In this document: one piece after another, positions 40,011-51,126 of the stretch | Position numbering within the stretch: the first letter of the stretch is position 1 | How the letters are laid out: each line of letters begins with the position of its first letter | From: Thiotrichaceae bacterium UBA7357 | GTDB lineage: Bacteria; Pseudomonadota; Gammaproteobacteria; Eutrophobiales; Eutrophobiaceae | Direction: 5' to 3' | Assembly (NCBI GenBank): GCA_002470825.1 | Contig: DKOR01000014.1 | Span: forward strand, 7,021-71,020 | DNA length: 64,000 nucleotides | The notes under the pieces: generated by a model | The model's database searches: none | Told to the model about the DNA's origin: nothing | The model's input: the letters and a program-made list of their open reading frames with translations, nothing else | Program-made: the position numbers and the translations under genes

Positions 40011-42158
40011 TTATTTCTTTGCTTCGTCGCGAAGGAACCAAACGGCACCTTGCTCAGCAGATACATAATTCCAACCCTTTTCGATAAGGTAGGTCGTTAC
40101 ATCAGATGCCACAATACCCGGCCCCTCTATTTGAGTACCCGCGGAAATATCATCTTTATTCCAGACCGGCGTATCGATCGCTTTACTTTCACCGACAAAA
40201 TGACACTTACGTGTTGATGATGGTTTCGGTGGCGCTTGTCGTTTATCTTCAGCAACTGGCTTAATATGCTTAAAGTGAACCGTATCATGCTCTACATAAG
40301 AAGCGACGCGAATTGTATTGATACGAATGCCGGCCTCTGGTGCCTGACTACCTTCACCAAAACGCTTACCGTAATCTGTAGAAAAGAGATCGACTATTTT
40401 CAATACATCCAGTGCTGACTCAACGGAATGTTTTGGTATAACAACGGTTGTTTGTACAAGTTGGTTACCGTAGCGCATATCAAGCTCAAGTGAATGTAGA
40501 ATATCGCCTTCATTTGCACCCTGTCTTGATAAATCAGCTCTACCTCTTTCACTTAGCTCAGCGACAATGTCATTAAATCGCGGATAGTTATCAAATACTT
40601 TTCTGCTATTAGAATCGTAAAGCACCATAAACAATGATGATTCATGGATATGCATCTGGTGCATATTACCCGCACCCACCGCAGAAAATACGGAACTCAT
40701 TGGTGTCGCTAATATTTTATTGATGTTCAAACGACTCGCGATACCACAGCAATGCAAAGGTCCATTTCCGCCATACGCCAGCATGGTAAAATCTTCAGGG
40801 TCATAGCCTCTGGCACGTAACTCAGTGTTCACACCATTCGCCATATTGGCATCGACTTTTTCTTTAATCATCATAGCAGCTTCCACCACTTCGATATCAA
40901 GATCATCACAAAGAGTCTCTTCTATGGCAAAGTTAGAACGCTTAGGGTTTAACGGAATATCGCCACCTGCGTAATTTTCAGCATCGAGATAACCCAAGAC
41001 CAAATCGGCATCGGTTACCGTTGGGCTCATGCCGCCACGGTCATAACAGGCTGGCCCTGGATCAGAACCTGCGCTCTTTGGTCCCACAGCAACAGTGTTG
41101 TACATGCGATCATATGAGGCGATTGAACCACCACCTGCACCCAATGTTACCAAGTGAACCATCGGTACAGACACCATCCAACGATCAATTACCGGGTTGA
41201 AATCATAATGTTTGATGCCACCCTCAACGACGATACCAATATCGTAGCTGGTACCACCCATATCGGTAGCAACAACACTACCCAGATCGGCTTCTTTCGC
41301 TAAATGTTCTGAGGCACTGATTCCTGAAACGGGTCCAGAATGAATTGTTTGCAATGCATCAGTTGAGTTTAACTGTGCCATACCACCTGAGTTATGAATC
41401 ACCAACATCGGCTTCTCATAAGCATGTGCGCGCAGGTTTTGCTCCAACTGCGTCATCGCATGATACATAGTCGAATGTAAATAACCGTCGACAATCGCTG
41501 AAGAGGCTCGAACATATTCACCTTTACGCCCCGCAACACGATGAGAAAGAATTACAGGAATAGCGCCTAATAGATGAGAAGGATATTCTTCAAGAATTAT
41601 CTCCTCTACACGCTTCTCATTCATTGGATTTACCACTGAATTCACGAAACAGATGACGATCACTTGAGCACCTTTATCGAATAAGGTTCTGATCTTGTGT
41701 CTAACGTCATCTTCATCAAGCGGCATAACAACCTTGCCCTCAAAATCTAAACGTTCACGAACTCCTTCTATCATATTAGGTAATACCAATGGTTCTGGTC
41801 GTCTAGCATCAGGTAAATTTGCCATACCTAACTTATCCAAACCTTCACCATAACCACGTGCTCGACTGAGTGGTACCGTTGCTTCAAAGCCTGCAGTGAC
41901 TAACATACCCATACGCGGACCATTGTGCTCAATCAAGGCATTCGTGCCTAAGGTCGTTGCGTAGCGAACCGAGTCGACTTCAGACAATATATCTTCCATG
42001 GTGATATTCAGTTCTTGGTATGCCTTTTCAACTGCTTCGTTGAAACCCAAGGCTAAATTCTGGTGTGTTGTTAATGCTTTGGTTTCAATATATTTATTAT
42101 CCCAAACCAAAAAACAATCGGTAAATGTGCCGCCGATATCTACTGATATTCGTTTCAT
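40011..42158 (-). CDS. hydantoinase A/oxoprolinase-family subunit of ketone carboxylase (acetone carboxylase beta-type)
   Basis: 715 aa with the N-terminal ATPase motif MKRISVDIGGTFTDCFLV (ASKHA fold), followed by the hydantoinase_A domain. Confidence 0.9.
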   Translation of the reverse strand: MKRISVDIGGTFTDCFLVWDNKYIETKALTTHQNLALGFNEAVEKAYQELNITMEDILSEVDSVRYATTLGTNALIEHNGPRMGMLVTAGFEATVPLSRARGYGEGLDKLGMANLPDARRPEPLVLPNMIEGVRERLDFEGKVVMPLDEDDVRHKIRTLFDKGAQVIVICFVNSVVNPMNEKRVEEIILEEYPSHLLGAIPVILSHRVAGRKGEYVRASSAIVDGYLHSTMYHAMTQLEQNLRAHAYEKPMLVIHNSGGMAQLNSTDALQTIHSGPVSGISASEHLAKEADLGSVVATDMGGTSYDIGIVVEGGIKHYDFNPVIDRWMVSVPMVHLVTLGAGGGSIASYDRMYNTVAVGPKSAGSDPGPACYDRGGMSPTVTDADLVLGYLDAENYAGGDIPLNPKRSNFAIEETLCDDLDIEVVEAAMMIKEKVDANMANGVNTELRARGYDPEDFTMLAYGGNGPLHCCGIASRLNINKILATPMSSVFSAVGAGNMHQMHIHESSLFMVLYDSNSRKVFDNYPRFNDIVAELSERGRADLSRQGANEGDILHSLELDMRYGNQLVQTTVVIPKHSVESALDVLKIVDLFSTDYGKRFGEGSQAPEAGIRINTIRVASYVEHDTVHFKHIKPVAEDKRQAPPKPSSTRKCHFVGESKAIDTPVWNKDDISAGTQIEGPGIVASDVTTYLIEKGWNYVSAEQGAVWFLRDEAKK

Positions 42159-42217
42159 AATCTACTTTCCTATAACTTTTTAGTAGTTTGATTTATTGTT
42201 TTAGTAAACTTTATTAA

Positions 42218-42625
42218 TTAGTGGCGATGTCTATGGCGCTCAACCTCACCTAAAACATCAGGCCCTTTCGTCGCCTCTGTGATCTCTTCTCGGTGACTCC
42301 ACTGTTCTTTAAGTGCATCAACATCCACTTCCATATCATAGAGCGGTTCATGATTCGGCAAAGTGTTTTCAACTTCAATCTGCGTACCACAACTTGGGCA
42401 ATAATATTCAAGAATATTGACCCAGTCTTTATCAGGACAAAATGTAAACTTATATTTTTCGGGGTCGATAACGTGTGGATGAATATCTGCTGGGTCGCGG
42501 TTATAAACCAGCAACCCTTCTTTGTAATTTCCACGTGCCGAATTGATTACATGATCACAAACACGACATTCCCAATTCTCTGTATCTAAATCGATACGAA
42601 GATATTCAGTCATTAATACTTTCAT
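42218..42625 (-). CDS. small zinc-finger subunit, acetone carboxylase gamma-like
   Basis: 135 aa with two Cys pairs (CRVCDH … YYCPSCGTQIEVENTLP) aligning with the remembered AcxC C-terminal motif (EYFCPECGTLHDVEAPTP). Confidence 0.75.
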   Translation of the reverse strand: MKVLMTEYLRIDLDTENWECRVCDHVINSARGNYKEGLLVYNRDPADIHPHVIDPEKYKFTFCPDKDWVNILEYYCPSCGTQIEVENTLPNHEPLYDMEVDVDALKEQWSHREEITEATKGPDVLGEVERHRHRH

Positions 42626-44562
42626 TATTTAGCCCCCTTAGTCAGACAGATATCACCTGCCTCGGTCACAACAAATTCCCAACCTTCACGTACAAGACAC
42701 GTAAAGTAATCTTCTTCAATAACAGCTGGGCCAGCAGCATGGTCGCCCGGCTTCATGTCGTTCACACTATAAACTGAAACATCTTGGCTTTTCAGATCAC
42801 TACCTACAATTGTTCGTGACCCTGATGCAGCAGCAGCCTTGCCTTTCTTGATTTTGAACTGCTTATCATCTTCAGTCTTTAGGCGTTTAGTCGCGATCAA
42901 TTCGAGCGTGACTGAATCCGCTTTTTCTAAAGCTTTAGGCAGTGCAACCTTGCCATTCAATTGATGGGTAGACTCTTTCGAATCTGATTCACTAACCATT
43001 AGCGCGTTGATATCAAAGTCGCCTTTCGCATAGCCTTCAGCAAACATATCACGTTCTGCGCGTTCAATAAGGTCCGCATGAGCTGACTTGAGAGCGTCTT
43101 GATTGTTAGCGGGCAATACAACGGCATAACTCTGTCCTATATCACATGAGCCTATTCCAAAGGCACTAAAAATAGCCGCAGTTTTTGGTACATACACAGT
43201 ATTAATGCCTGCTATTTCAGCTATACCACATGCATTCATCGGGCCTGCGCCACCAAATGCCAACAGCACAGTGTCCTTCGAAACATTACCAAAGTCTTTC
43301 ATACCATCAGCAATCTTTTGCTCATAAGCATCACTAAGCTTATGCAGTGCTTCATCAACAGAAATGCCTAAAGGCGATGCTACGTTTTCATCGATAGCCG
43401 CACGACCACGCTCAATATCGAGCTTTAGACCACCACCGAAATAGGTTGCAGGATCGAGTACGCCCAAGAGAAGATTGACATCTGTCATTGTTGAACTCTT
43501 TCCGCCACGACCAAAACTTGCTGGTCCAGGAACAGCGCCAACACTTTCAGGACCCACCTGAATATCGCCATCTTTAACAGACAAAATTGAACTACCACCA
43601 ACACCTTGACTATTTATCTCACACAATCCAAAGGAGATGGGCACACCCTCCATTTTACCATGTCGTTGTTCGTTTAATTTCAGATCAACCAGGTGACCAA
43701 TATCCGTTGTCGTACCACCGACATCCATAGTCATTACATCTGAAAGATTGTATTGCTTACTGAATGTTTTGACGCCTTCCATGCCACCGCGCGGACCAGA
43801 ACTATAAGTCTTAAGTGCAATCGTTTTTGCAACACGCGATGCATTGCCATCGTTACGAAAGATGAGAAGAGGGTTTTTTGTACGATATTCACGTAATCGA
43901 TTTTCAGCGTTATACAGGAAACTTTCCATCGCAGGATGCAAGAATGAATTAGTCAACGCCGTCCAACCGCGTCGGTCAGCTAAAACATCATCAACTAGCT
44001 CACTGGCAAAAAGTATTGGCACAGCACCTAGCAAGTGACGCGGATAAATATCGAATGCTATCCTCTTAAATTGAGCCTCAGAGATAGCCGCATTATCAAC
44101 ATCAAAACAAACAACGAGTCTATTAGCTCCCATTCCGGTAAGTCTGGTAATCACCGTAGCGTTATCTGCAGCCTTCGATTCATGACCTAAATCAGCAAGA
44201 TCAACCTCACATATTCGATCTCCGACTAAAAAGTCGAATAAATCTTCGTCTTGTTCGCGCATTCTTTTAACTAAGCCAGCATTTTTCTTATTTATTATCA
44301 GACCCAGTTTTGGTCCCTTACGCTCAACAATAGCATTAGTTCCCTGTGTAGTTGAATAACGAATATGCTCAACTTCCATCAAGAGTTTTGCGACATCTTC
44401 TTCTCCGTAAATCACGGTTGAGATAGATTTTAATCCATCAAAAAAACATTTACTTAAGTCGTACGGCGTCGTGAGTGTCTTGGTCTTGTAGACATTCTTA
44501 TCTTTCAATATACATATATCAGTCAACGTTCCACCGTTGTCAATATTAACTAGCATTCCCAT
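42625..44562 (-). CDS. second hydantoinase A-family subunit (alpha-prime-like) of ketone carboxylase
   Basis: 645 aa with an N-terminal NIDNGGTLTDICIL ASKHA motif and a hydantoinase_A core. It is the first gene of the operon and overlaps the gamma-like gene by 1 nt. Confidence 0.85.
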   Translation of the reverse strand: MGMLVNIDNGGTLTDICILKDKNVYKTKTLTTPYDLSKCFFDGLKSISTVIYGEEDVAKLLMEVEHIRYSTTQGTNAIVERKGPKLGLIINKKNAGLVKRMREQDEDLFDFLVGDRICEVDLADLGHESKAADNATVITRLTGMGANRLVVCFDVDNAAISEAQFKRIAFDIYPRHLLGAVPILFASELVDDVLADRRGWTALTNSFLHPAMESFLYNAENRLREYRTKNPLLIFRNDGNASRVAKTIALKTYSSGPRGGMEGVKTFSKQYNLSDVMTMDVGGTTTDIGHLVDLKLNEQRHGKMEGVPISFGLCEINSQGVGGSSILSVKDGDIQVGPESVGAVPGPASFGRGGKSSTMTDVNLLLGVLDPATYFGGGLKLDIERGRAAIDENVASPLGISVDEALHKLSDAYEQKIADGMKDFGNVSKDTVLLAFGGAGPMNACGIAEIAGINTVYVPKTAAIFSAFGIGSCDIGQSYAVVLPANNQDALKSAHADLIERAERDMFAEGYAKGDFDINALMVSESDSKESTHQLNGKVALPKALEKADSVTLELIATKRLKTEDDKQFKIKKGKAAAASGSRTIVGSDLKSQDVSVYSVNDMKPGDHAAGPAVIEEDYFTCLVREGWEFVVTEAGDICLTKGAK

Positions 44563-44885
44563 AATAGTTTTCCTTGGTTTTGCATTGTTGAATTTATGTT
44601 AAATCTTAAAATACTGTTTTTATTTCGTTTTTCTTTGATTTTGGTCCTGCACTTTTTGTTTCTTTTATAGTTTTTACTTTTAATAAACAACACCATATCC
44701 CATACATAGACTATGCCAAGATTTTAACTTCGTATAAATTAATCTGTATAATCCGTTTTAATTGAAATTTAGATATATAACTAAACTCATGTCACCAGCC
44801 GCAAGAGTTCCATTTTAGAGCACACAAGAGTAATTCGTTTCAAATTTGAACAGCGTCTTTTTATTTTAGAAATACAAATCAAGCC

Positions 44886-45923
44886 TCATACATCTTTCAC
44901 ACGGACCATTAGCTTACCTGTATTATCACCAGTATAGAGTTTCTTAACTGTCTCTACAGCGTTTTCAAGTCCATCTACGACGTCCTGTTGGACTTTAATT
45001 TTGCCTTCAGACATCCATTGAGTAATTGCCGCTATTGCTTCAGGGTAACGCTCCATATAATCGAGTATTATAAAACCCTCAACCTTAAGTCGATTCATCA
45101 GGATCATTGGATAATTTTTTGGTCCTGGGACTTCTTCGCTGGAATTATAATGTGCTATTAAACCGCATACAGATATACGGCCGAACATATTCATATGTTT
45201 GAGACAAGTGTCTAAGATCTCTCCACCCACATTTTCAAAATAGACATCAATGCCATTAGGACAAGTGCGTTCTAACGCTTTTGATAAATCTTCTGTCTTA
45301 TAGTTGATGGCTTCATCAAAGCCGAGCTCTTCAGTTATCCATTTACATTTTTCATCTGTACCAGTGAGTCCAACTACATGACAGCCCTTGATTTTAGCAA
45401 TCTGCCCGACGATCGACCCTACTGAACCAGCAGCAGTTGAAATAACAACAGTTTCTCCCGATTTCGGTTTCGTGATTTCAAGCAAACCAAAATAAGCCGT
45501 CGGCGCAGCGATAGCGAAAGTACCAAAAGCATCAATAACTGGAACAGACCCTGTATCACCTAATAAACTCACAGTTTCAGTAGTGCCAATTTGATAATCT
45601 GCCCAAGTACCAAGACCGCTAACTATGTCACCTTTTCTAAATGCTGAGTTTTTACTTTGTATCACAGTTCCACAAACGACACCACGCATCGGGGCATTAA
45701 TACTAACTGGAGGCATGTATTGCTCAACGTCACTCATCCACATCCGATTAGTCGCATCCAGCGACAAATAATTAAGACGAAACAGACATTCTTCGTCTGC
45801 TGGTTCAGGCATAGGCTCTTCATCATAAGTTAAATCACCCTCACATATATCACCAACAGGTCGTTTACGTAATCTCCAAACGTGATTGACTTCAGTCATG
45901 AACTTTTTCCCTTGATTTAGCAA
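44886..45923 (-). CDS. NADP-dependent oxidoreductase, MDR family (2-alkenal/enone reductase, YncB/CurA/PTGR-like)
   Basis: 345 aa with the Rossmann motif AAGSVGSIVGQIAKIKG and the overall MDR pattern. The real start is probably the internal Met (MTEVNHVW) at about 45899. Confidence 0.8.
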   Translation of the reverse strand: MLNQGKKFMTEVNHVWRLRKRPVGDICEGDLTYDEEPMPEPADEECLFRLNYLSLDATNRMWMSDVEQYMPPVSINAPMRGVVCGTVIQSKNSAFRKGDIVSGLGTWADYQIGTTETVSLLGDTGSVPVIDAFGTFAIAAPTAYFGLLEITKPKSGETVVISTAAGSVGSIVGQIAKIKGCHVVGLTGTDEKCKWITEELGFDEAINYKTEDLSKALERTCPNGIDVYFENVGGEILDTCLKHMNMFGRISVCGLIAHYNSSEEVPGPKNYPMILMNRLKVEGFIILDYMERYPEAIAAITQWMSEGKIKVQQDVVDGLENAVETVKKLYTGDNTGKLMVRVKDV

Positions 45924-46002
45924 AATTAATATTACGAGTATTACAATATTTTTTCACATTTTGAGCTTTTTTTAAATACCTGACAATCAGTTTCCATACC
46001 AA

Positions 46003-46461
46003 TCAATCATTTACCAACTGAAATACTTCATACTCGACTTTACCAGGCACCAAACGACCTTGTGCCACACAGAAAATGTTGTTTACCCAATCATATCTTT
46101 CATCGCCTGTTTGCATGCGTGGATTAATAAAGAAATTTTGTTCTCCAAAATCAGTCTCACCTTCTCCTGCAAGTACCCCCATTATTTCAGAGGTCAGTTC
46201 TATTACTCCAGAATATTGAACATAAATATTTGCACCATCGTCTGTTTCAAAACTTGCTCTTACATCTAAATGGCCATAGCCTTTGTCGTCAATTGTCATC
46301 CAGTCTGCACAACCCGCATCACGAATCTTTCCGTTGAGTTTTTCACCCTTAAATTCACCGCCATGCACTTCAAAAGTCATTCGTTTACCAAATGGTCCGT
46401 TGCCGACATCAAGTGCCGTGCCTAAGTTTGCATAATAAGTAAAAAGTGATTCAAGTTTCAT
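46003..46461 (-). CDS. hypothetical protein (DUF3237-like beta-barrel suspected)
   Basis: 152 aa with no catalytic motifs. The family assignment is from memory and weak. Confidence 0.45.
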   Translation of the reverse strand: MKLESLFTYYANLGTALDVGNGPFGKRMTFEVHGGEFKGEKLNGKIRDAGCADWMTIDDKGYGHLDVRASFETDDGANIYVQYSGVIELTSEIMGVLAGEGETDFGEQNFFINPRMQTGDERYDWVNNIFCVAQGRLVPGKVEYEVFQLVND

Positions 46462-46894
46462 TGCATAATCCCCTTTATAATTCTTGACAATATGTTCAGA
46501 TTAGATTCATATATATATTCAACAATTTTATAAACAGTTTCAACATTTTTTTCAAAGCAATGTCATAGTTTAAAATGTAATTCTTCCTACTACACCTTGA
46601 ATCCATGACAAAATTATTAAGACAACAAACATATTATTTTTTTATCATCTTACACAATCTAAATTCAACCACAAATCATACGGATATCAGACGGTCGATT
46701 CATTTTTGAGCGTTTTATTTAAGAACATATAAATCATCCAATTATGTAAACACATTGAAATTCAATCAGATAAAGATAGTAATGTAGTCATTAATATTCT
46801 GGCATAATGGTTGCTGATATTGATCTAGTTAAAAGAAAACAAATTTAAGCATCAAAAGGGAGAGATAGAGATTACAACGGAAAATTCAAAAATC

Positions 46895-49099
46895 ATGTAT
46901 ACGCTGACTGACGAAGCACCATTGTTAGCTACATACTCTTTACTCCCAATCATTAAAACATTTATATCAGCAGCAAATATAGAAGTTGTGGAAAGTGACA
47001 TCTCCTTAGCAGCTAGAATTCTCGCTGCATTTCCTGATTACCTTACAAACGACCAGAAAGTCGAAGATAACCTGGCAAAACTTGGTCGGTTGACGCAAAT
47101 GTCCAACACAAATATTATTAAGCTTCCTAACATTAGTGCTTCAATTCCTCAGTTAATAGCCACCATTATTGAATTGCAGATACACGGTTATGACATTCCT
47201 GACTACCCTGAAGAACCAACATCTGATGAAAAAAAACTCATTAAGGAACGCTACTCAAAGGCATTGGGAAGTGCTGTTAATCCAGTACTACGAGAAGGTA
47301 ATTCTGATCGTCGCGCGCCTGAGTCAGTGAAACGAAGTGCACGTAAAAACCCTCATTCAATGGAAAAATGGAGCCCTGCTTCCCGTACACATGTATCACA
47401 TATGCATGGTGGCGATTTCTACACTAGTGAAGAGAGTATAACAATAAAAAAAGCCTGCAATGTACGGATGGAGTTGGAAATGAACTCTGGTGAAATTATT
47501 ATTCTGAAAGAAAAAACAGCGCTATTAGAAAATGAAATTATTGATGGTATGTATATGTGCAAAGAAGCGCTTTGCGATTTCTATGAAGAGCAAATGGAAG
47601 ATGCTAGAGAAACAGGTGTAATGTTTTCCCTACATGTAAAGGCTACTATGATGAAAATTTCTCATCCCATCGTGTTCGGTCATGCGGTCAAAGTTTTCTA
47701 TAAACAATTATTCATTAAATATGGCGATCTATTCGATAAGTTAGGAGTCAATCCGAACAATGGTATCAGTAGCGTATACGATAAGATTCAATCTCTACCC
47801 AGCTCATTTCGAGAAGAAATAGAACATGATATCCATAGCTGCTACCAACATCGTCCTGAACTAGCCATGGTTGATTCTGCTAAAGGAATTTCTAATTTAC
47901 ATGCTCCTAATGATGTGATTGTTGATGCTTCTATGCCTGCGATGATTCGTTCTGGTGGTAAAATGTGGGGACCTGATGGCAAATTAAAAGATACCAAAGC
48001 TGTAATACCTGAGAGTACATTCGCACGTATTTATCAAGAAATGATTAATTTTTGTAAAACCCATGGTGCCTTTGATCCAAAGACTATGGGTAGTGTTCCA
48101 AATGTTGGGTTAATGGCACAAAAGGCCGAAGAATATGGCTCTCATGATAAGACCTTCGAAATCCAAACTAAAGGTATTGCACGAATTATAGATGAAAAAG
48201 GTAATATATTGATCGAACAGAATGTGAAAGAAGGTGATATTTGGCGAATGTGTCAAACTAAAGATGCACCTATCCGAGATTGGGTAAAATTAGCAGTAAA
48301 CCGAGCACGCCAATCGGATATGCCTGCTGTATTTTGGTTAGATGAGTATCGCCCACATGAAATGGAATTAATTAAAAAAGTGAAACTATATCTTCAAGAC
48401 CATGATTTATCAGGGCTTGATATTCAAATCATGTCTCAGACCCGTGCGATGCGTTATACCCTTGAAAGAATTATTCGTGGTAAAGATACCATATCTGTAA
48501 CTGGTAACATTTTACGTGATTACCTCACAGATCTATTCCCGATCATGGAATTAGGTACCAGTGCAAAGATGCTATCTATCGTACCTTTGATGGCAGGTGG
48601 TGGACTATTCGAAACCGGTGCGGGTGGTTCCGCACCAAAACATGTGAAACAACTTATAGAAGAAAACCATTTACGCTGGGATTCTCTTGGTGAGTATCTA
48701 GCCTTGGCTGTTTCTTTAGAAGACATTAGTATAAAAACCGGTAATAAGAAAGCAAAAATTTTAGCGAGGTCATTAGACGAAGCCACTGGGAAATTATTGG
48801 ATAATAAAAAAGGACCATCTCGAAGAACCGGTGAATTAGATAACCGTGGTAGTCACTTTTACCTAGCTATGTACTGGGCACAGGCACTTACTAAACAAGA
48901 GGAAGATTCAGAACTACGAGCTCAATTTAATACATTGGCAAAATCACTAGCAGAAAATGAACAATCGATTATTGAAGAACTTAATGCGTCACAGGGTAAC
49001 CCAGTTGATCTCGGCGGTTATTTTATGCCTGTTATAGAAAAAGTAAAAAACGTAATGCGTCCTAGTAAAACGTTCAATAATCTTTTAGATACAGCTTAG
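46895..49099 (+). CDS. icd: monomeric NADP-dependent isocitrate dehydrogenase
   Basis: 734 aa whose N-terminus [19 protein letters not shown] is the hallmark of about 740-aa monomeric IDH. An in-frame stop 69 nt upstream bounds the start. Confidence 0.95.
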   Translation: MYTLTDEAPLLATYSLLPIIKTFISAANIEVVESDISLAARILAAFPDYLTNDQKVEDNLAKLGRLTQMSNTNIIKLPNISASIPQLIATIIELQIHGYDIPDYPEEPTSDEKKLIKERYSKALGSAVNPVLREGNSDRRAPESVKRSARKNPHSMEKWSPASRTHVSHMHGGDFYTSEESITIKKACNVRMELEMNSGEIIILKEKTALLENEIIDGMYMCKEALCDFYEEQMEDARETGVMFSLHVKATMMKISHPIVFGHAVKVFYKQLFIKYGDLFDKLGVNPNNGISSVYDKIQSLPSSFREEIEHDIHSCYQHRPELAMVDSAKGISNLHAPNDVIVDASMPAMIRSGGKMWGPDGKLKDTKAVIPESTFARIYQEMINFCKTHGAFDPKTMGSVPNVGLMAQKAEEYGSHDKTFEIQTKGIARIIDEKGNILIEQNVKEGDIWRMCQTKDAPIRDWVKLAVNRARQSDMPAVFWLDEYRPHEMELIKKVKLYLQDHDLSGLDIQIMSQTRAMRYTLERIIRGKDTISVTGNILRDYLTDLFPIMELGTSAKMLSIVPLMAGGGLFETGAGGSAPKHVKQLIEENHLRWDSLGEYLALAVSLEDISIKTGNKKAKILARSLDEATGKLLDNKKGPSRRTGELDNRGSHFYLAMYWAQALTKQEEDSELRAQFNTLAKSLAENEQSIIEELNASQGNPVDLGGYFMPVIEKVKNVMRPSKTFNNLLDTA

Positions 49100-49348
49100 C
49101 GTAAAACCAAACCTGATTTAGCTCTTAGTGATATACAGGAGAAAATGACTTTTTTCTTTCATCTCCTAAAACAATTTTGCTTAACAACGCGCATACTAAA
49201 ACGTTACATAATTATTTTAAGTTTTTTCTCAACAATGACTGAGCTTGATTTTCATGGTTCCATTGTTTGAATTCAATGATTATTATGTTGATGATTACGT
49301 ATGTAATTCAATAGTGTATAAAAATTATATAGGCAATAACAAAATGAT

Positions 49349-49978
49349 ATGAAATATTATGATTGTACAATGGCTCCAAATCCTCGTCGCACTCGAATTT
49401 TTATTAAAGAAAAAGGACTCGATATCCCTTCAATAGAAGTTGATCTTTTTGGTGGAGAAAATCTGCAAGAAGATTATTTATCAAAAACTATATGGGGCCT
49501 ATGTCCTGCATTGGAATTAGATGATGGGACGGTAATAAGCGAGGCTCCTGCAATTTGCAGTTATATAAATGACATGTATCCTGAACCACCCCTCTTAGGT
49601 ACCAATCCTTTAGAACGTGCACAGGTTATTTCTTGTGATCGACACATGGAACATAGCGGAATGCAATCTGTCATTTATGCATTTCGTAATGGTTATAAAG
49701 ACTTTGCTCTTCGCGGCGTTGGTGGTCGTGAAGGCGATAAGATAATTCCTGAACTAATTGAGCGCGGGCGTAACGGTATTAAAATTTTCTTTAAAAGGCT
49801 TGAAAAACAGCTTTCTAAATCAGAGTATGTCGCTGGAAACTTCTATAGCATGGCCGATATCACTGGATTAGTAGTCATTGATTTTGCAAAGTATGCTGAA
49901 TTCAAAATTCCAAGTAAAAATATAAACACCTTAGAGTGGTATGAAAAAGTCGCATCGCGTCCTGGCACACAAGTTTGA
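49349..49978 (+). CDS. glutathione S-transferase
   Basis: 209 aa and a paralog of the 20104-20742 GST (KYYDCTMAPNPRRTRIFIKEK). Confidence 0.85.
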   Translation: MKYYDCTMAPNPRRTRIFIKEKGLDIPSIEVDLFGGENLQEDYLSKTIWGLCPALELDDGTVISEAPAICSYINDMYPEPPLLGTNPLERAQVISCDRHMEHSGMQSVIYAFRNGYKDFALRGVGGREGDKIIPELIERGRNGIKIFFKRLEKQLSKSEYVAGNFYSMADITGLVVIDFAKYAEFKIPSKNINTLEWYEKVASRPGTQV

Positions 49979-50011
49979 ATTATTATTAATTAAATTTATT
50001 GAGGACCATCA

Positions 50012-50190
50012 ATGATAACCTCGTATACCTTTGTAACCTCTATTAGCAAAATGATATCAGTCGCATTAAAAAAATTAGCGCTTGATTATGAAGTTAAAGA
50101 TGTCAACCTAGCAGAAAATATATAGAAAGAAGATTGGTATTTAAAAAGCAACCTAAGTGGAATGAGACTATAGCTATGGGCTGAATAATA
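50012..50190 (+). pseudogene. decayed GST (zeta/maleylacetoacetate-isomerase-like) N-terminal fragment with in-frame stops
   Basis: A good RBS (GAGGA) precedes ATG at 50012. The 37 codons (…ISKMISVALKKLALDYEVKDVNLAENI) resemble the GST N-terminal domain and end at TAG. The same frame continues KEDWYLKSNLSGMRL-stop-LWAE-stop (GST-like EDYL..NP.G motif). The remainder of the gene is absent. Confidence 0.45.
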
Positions 50191-50202
50191 TTGGTTTTTT
50201 AT

Positions 50203-50970
50203 TTAGCAAACTCCGAGTATCCACCCCTCTAATTTTGCTTTCTTCAGTTCATCTAACATTAATGGTGGAGTAAAATATCCATCCAATATGCCTCGTCTAT
50301 CGGCTTCCTTCATCCAAGCTGAGATAGACCAAGCATCATGTTCATCGGGGCTCCGATCTTGTTTGCAATAACGTCTTTTATATAATGCTGGATAGGCTTC
50401 AACAATAACTGATTTATCATCAGGAACGGCGAACCCATCGAATGGCCAAAAATGAACACGTTCTCGAAAAAATGGTATTTCCCTTAACCAGAGTAACCAT
50501 GGCAGACCAGAATGTGTCGATTTGGCAACTGAACCCTGAACATCAAACATAAAGACACTTTTTGCAGTTGCCGTCCATTCTTCACAAAGACGTAACTCTT
50601 TTGCTTTACCGATGCGTGGATTATTATTACGCACCGAATCAACACGAGTAAGTGGCTCTGCTGTTGGCCAATGACGAACAAAATCAAGCAAAAAATCATC
50701 CCATGAATTAATCCCATAACGCTTCATATAGCCTATTGGAAATGAAAATCCATGATCAATTCCTATAATTGATATTTCATCAGTTTCCAATATTTTCTTA
50801 CAATATTGAGCAATCTCAAAACGAGACCAATTTTTTACACCTTGTGTTGGGGTAGTTATTTTCGCTGGTTGCTCATCTTGCGTTGCTTCATACACCTGCA
50901 ATCCTTTAAGCCGACTTTCGACTGTTTTAGCACCGGAGTAATCAATCCCGATATAATTATCGAATTTCAT
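50203..50970 (-). CDS. hypothetical protein (possible RNase H-like/ASKHA-like N-terminal motif IGIDYSGA; DUF429-like suspected)
   Basis: The ORF is 269 aa and the likely start is the internal Met (MKFDNYIGIDYSGAKT). The product is conserved-looking but unassignable from sequence alone. It lies downstream of and co-directional with folM. Confidence 0.5.
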   Translation of the reverse strand: MKFDNYIGIDYSGAKTVESRLKGLQVYEATQDEQPAKITTPTQGVKNWSRFEIAQYCKKILETDEISIIGIDHGFSFPIGYMKRYGINSWDDFLLDFVRHWPTAEPLTRVDSVRNNNPRIGKAKELRLCEEWTATAKSVFMFDVQGSVAKSTHSGLPWLLWLREIPFFRERVHFWPFDGFAVPDDKSVIVEAYPALYKRRYCKQDRSPDEHDAWSISAWMKEADRRGILDGYFTPPLMLDELKKAKLEGWILGVC

Positions 50971-51126
50971 GAGTTGCCACCACTTAATTATAAAATAGGA
51001 AAGGTATTTCAAATGAGAACTAGTTTAATAATCAAAGTTATTATTCAAAGTAACGATAAAAATACTACAATTTCAGTCATTAGCACCAAGTTAATGTCAC
51101 ATTTTCAATTGGTCTTTATAACAATA

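Noticed and set aside
44563-44885. Sigma-54 -24/-12 promoter upstream of the ketone carboxylase operon
   Set aside because: A manual scan of both strands found no GG-N10-GC element with acceptable flanks. Regulation by the nearby enhancer-binding protein remains an inference only.
49100-49180. Hairpin AGGAGA…TCTCCT after the isocitrate dehydrogenase gene
   Set aside because: It is a 6-bp stem with a 19-nt loop and no U-tract, so it is not a credible terminator.
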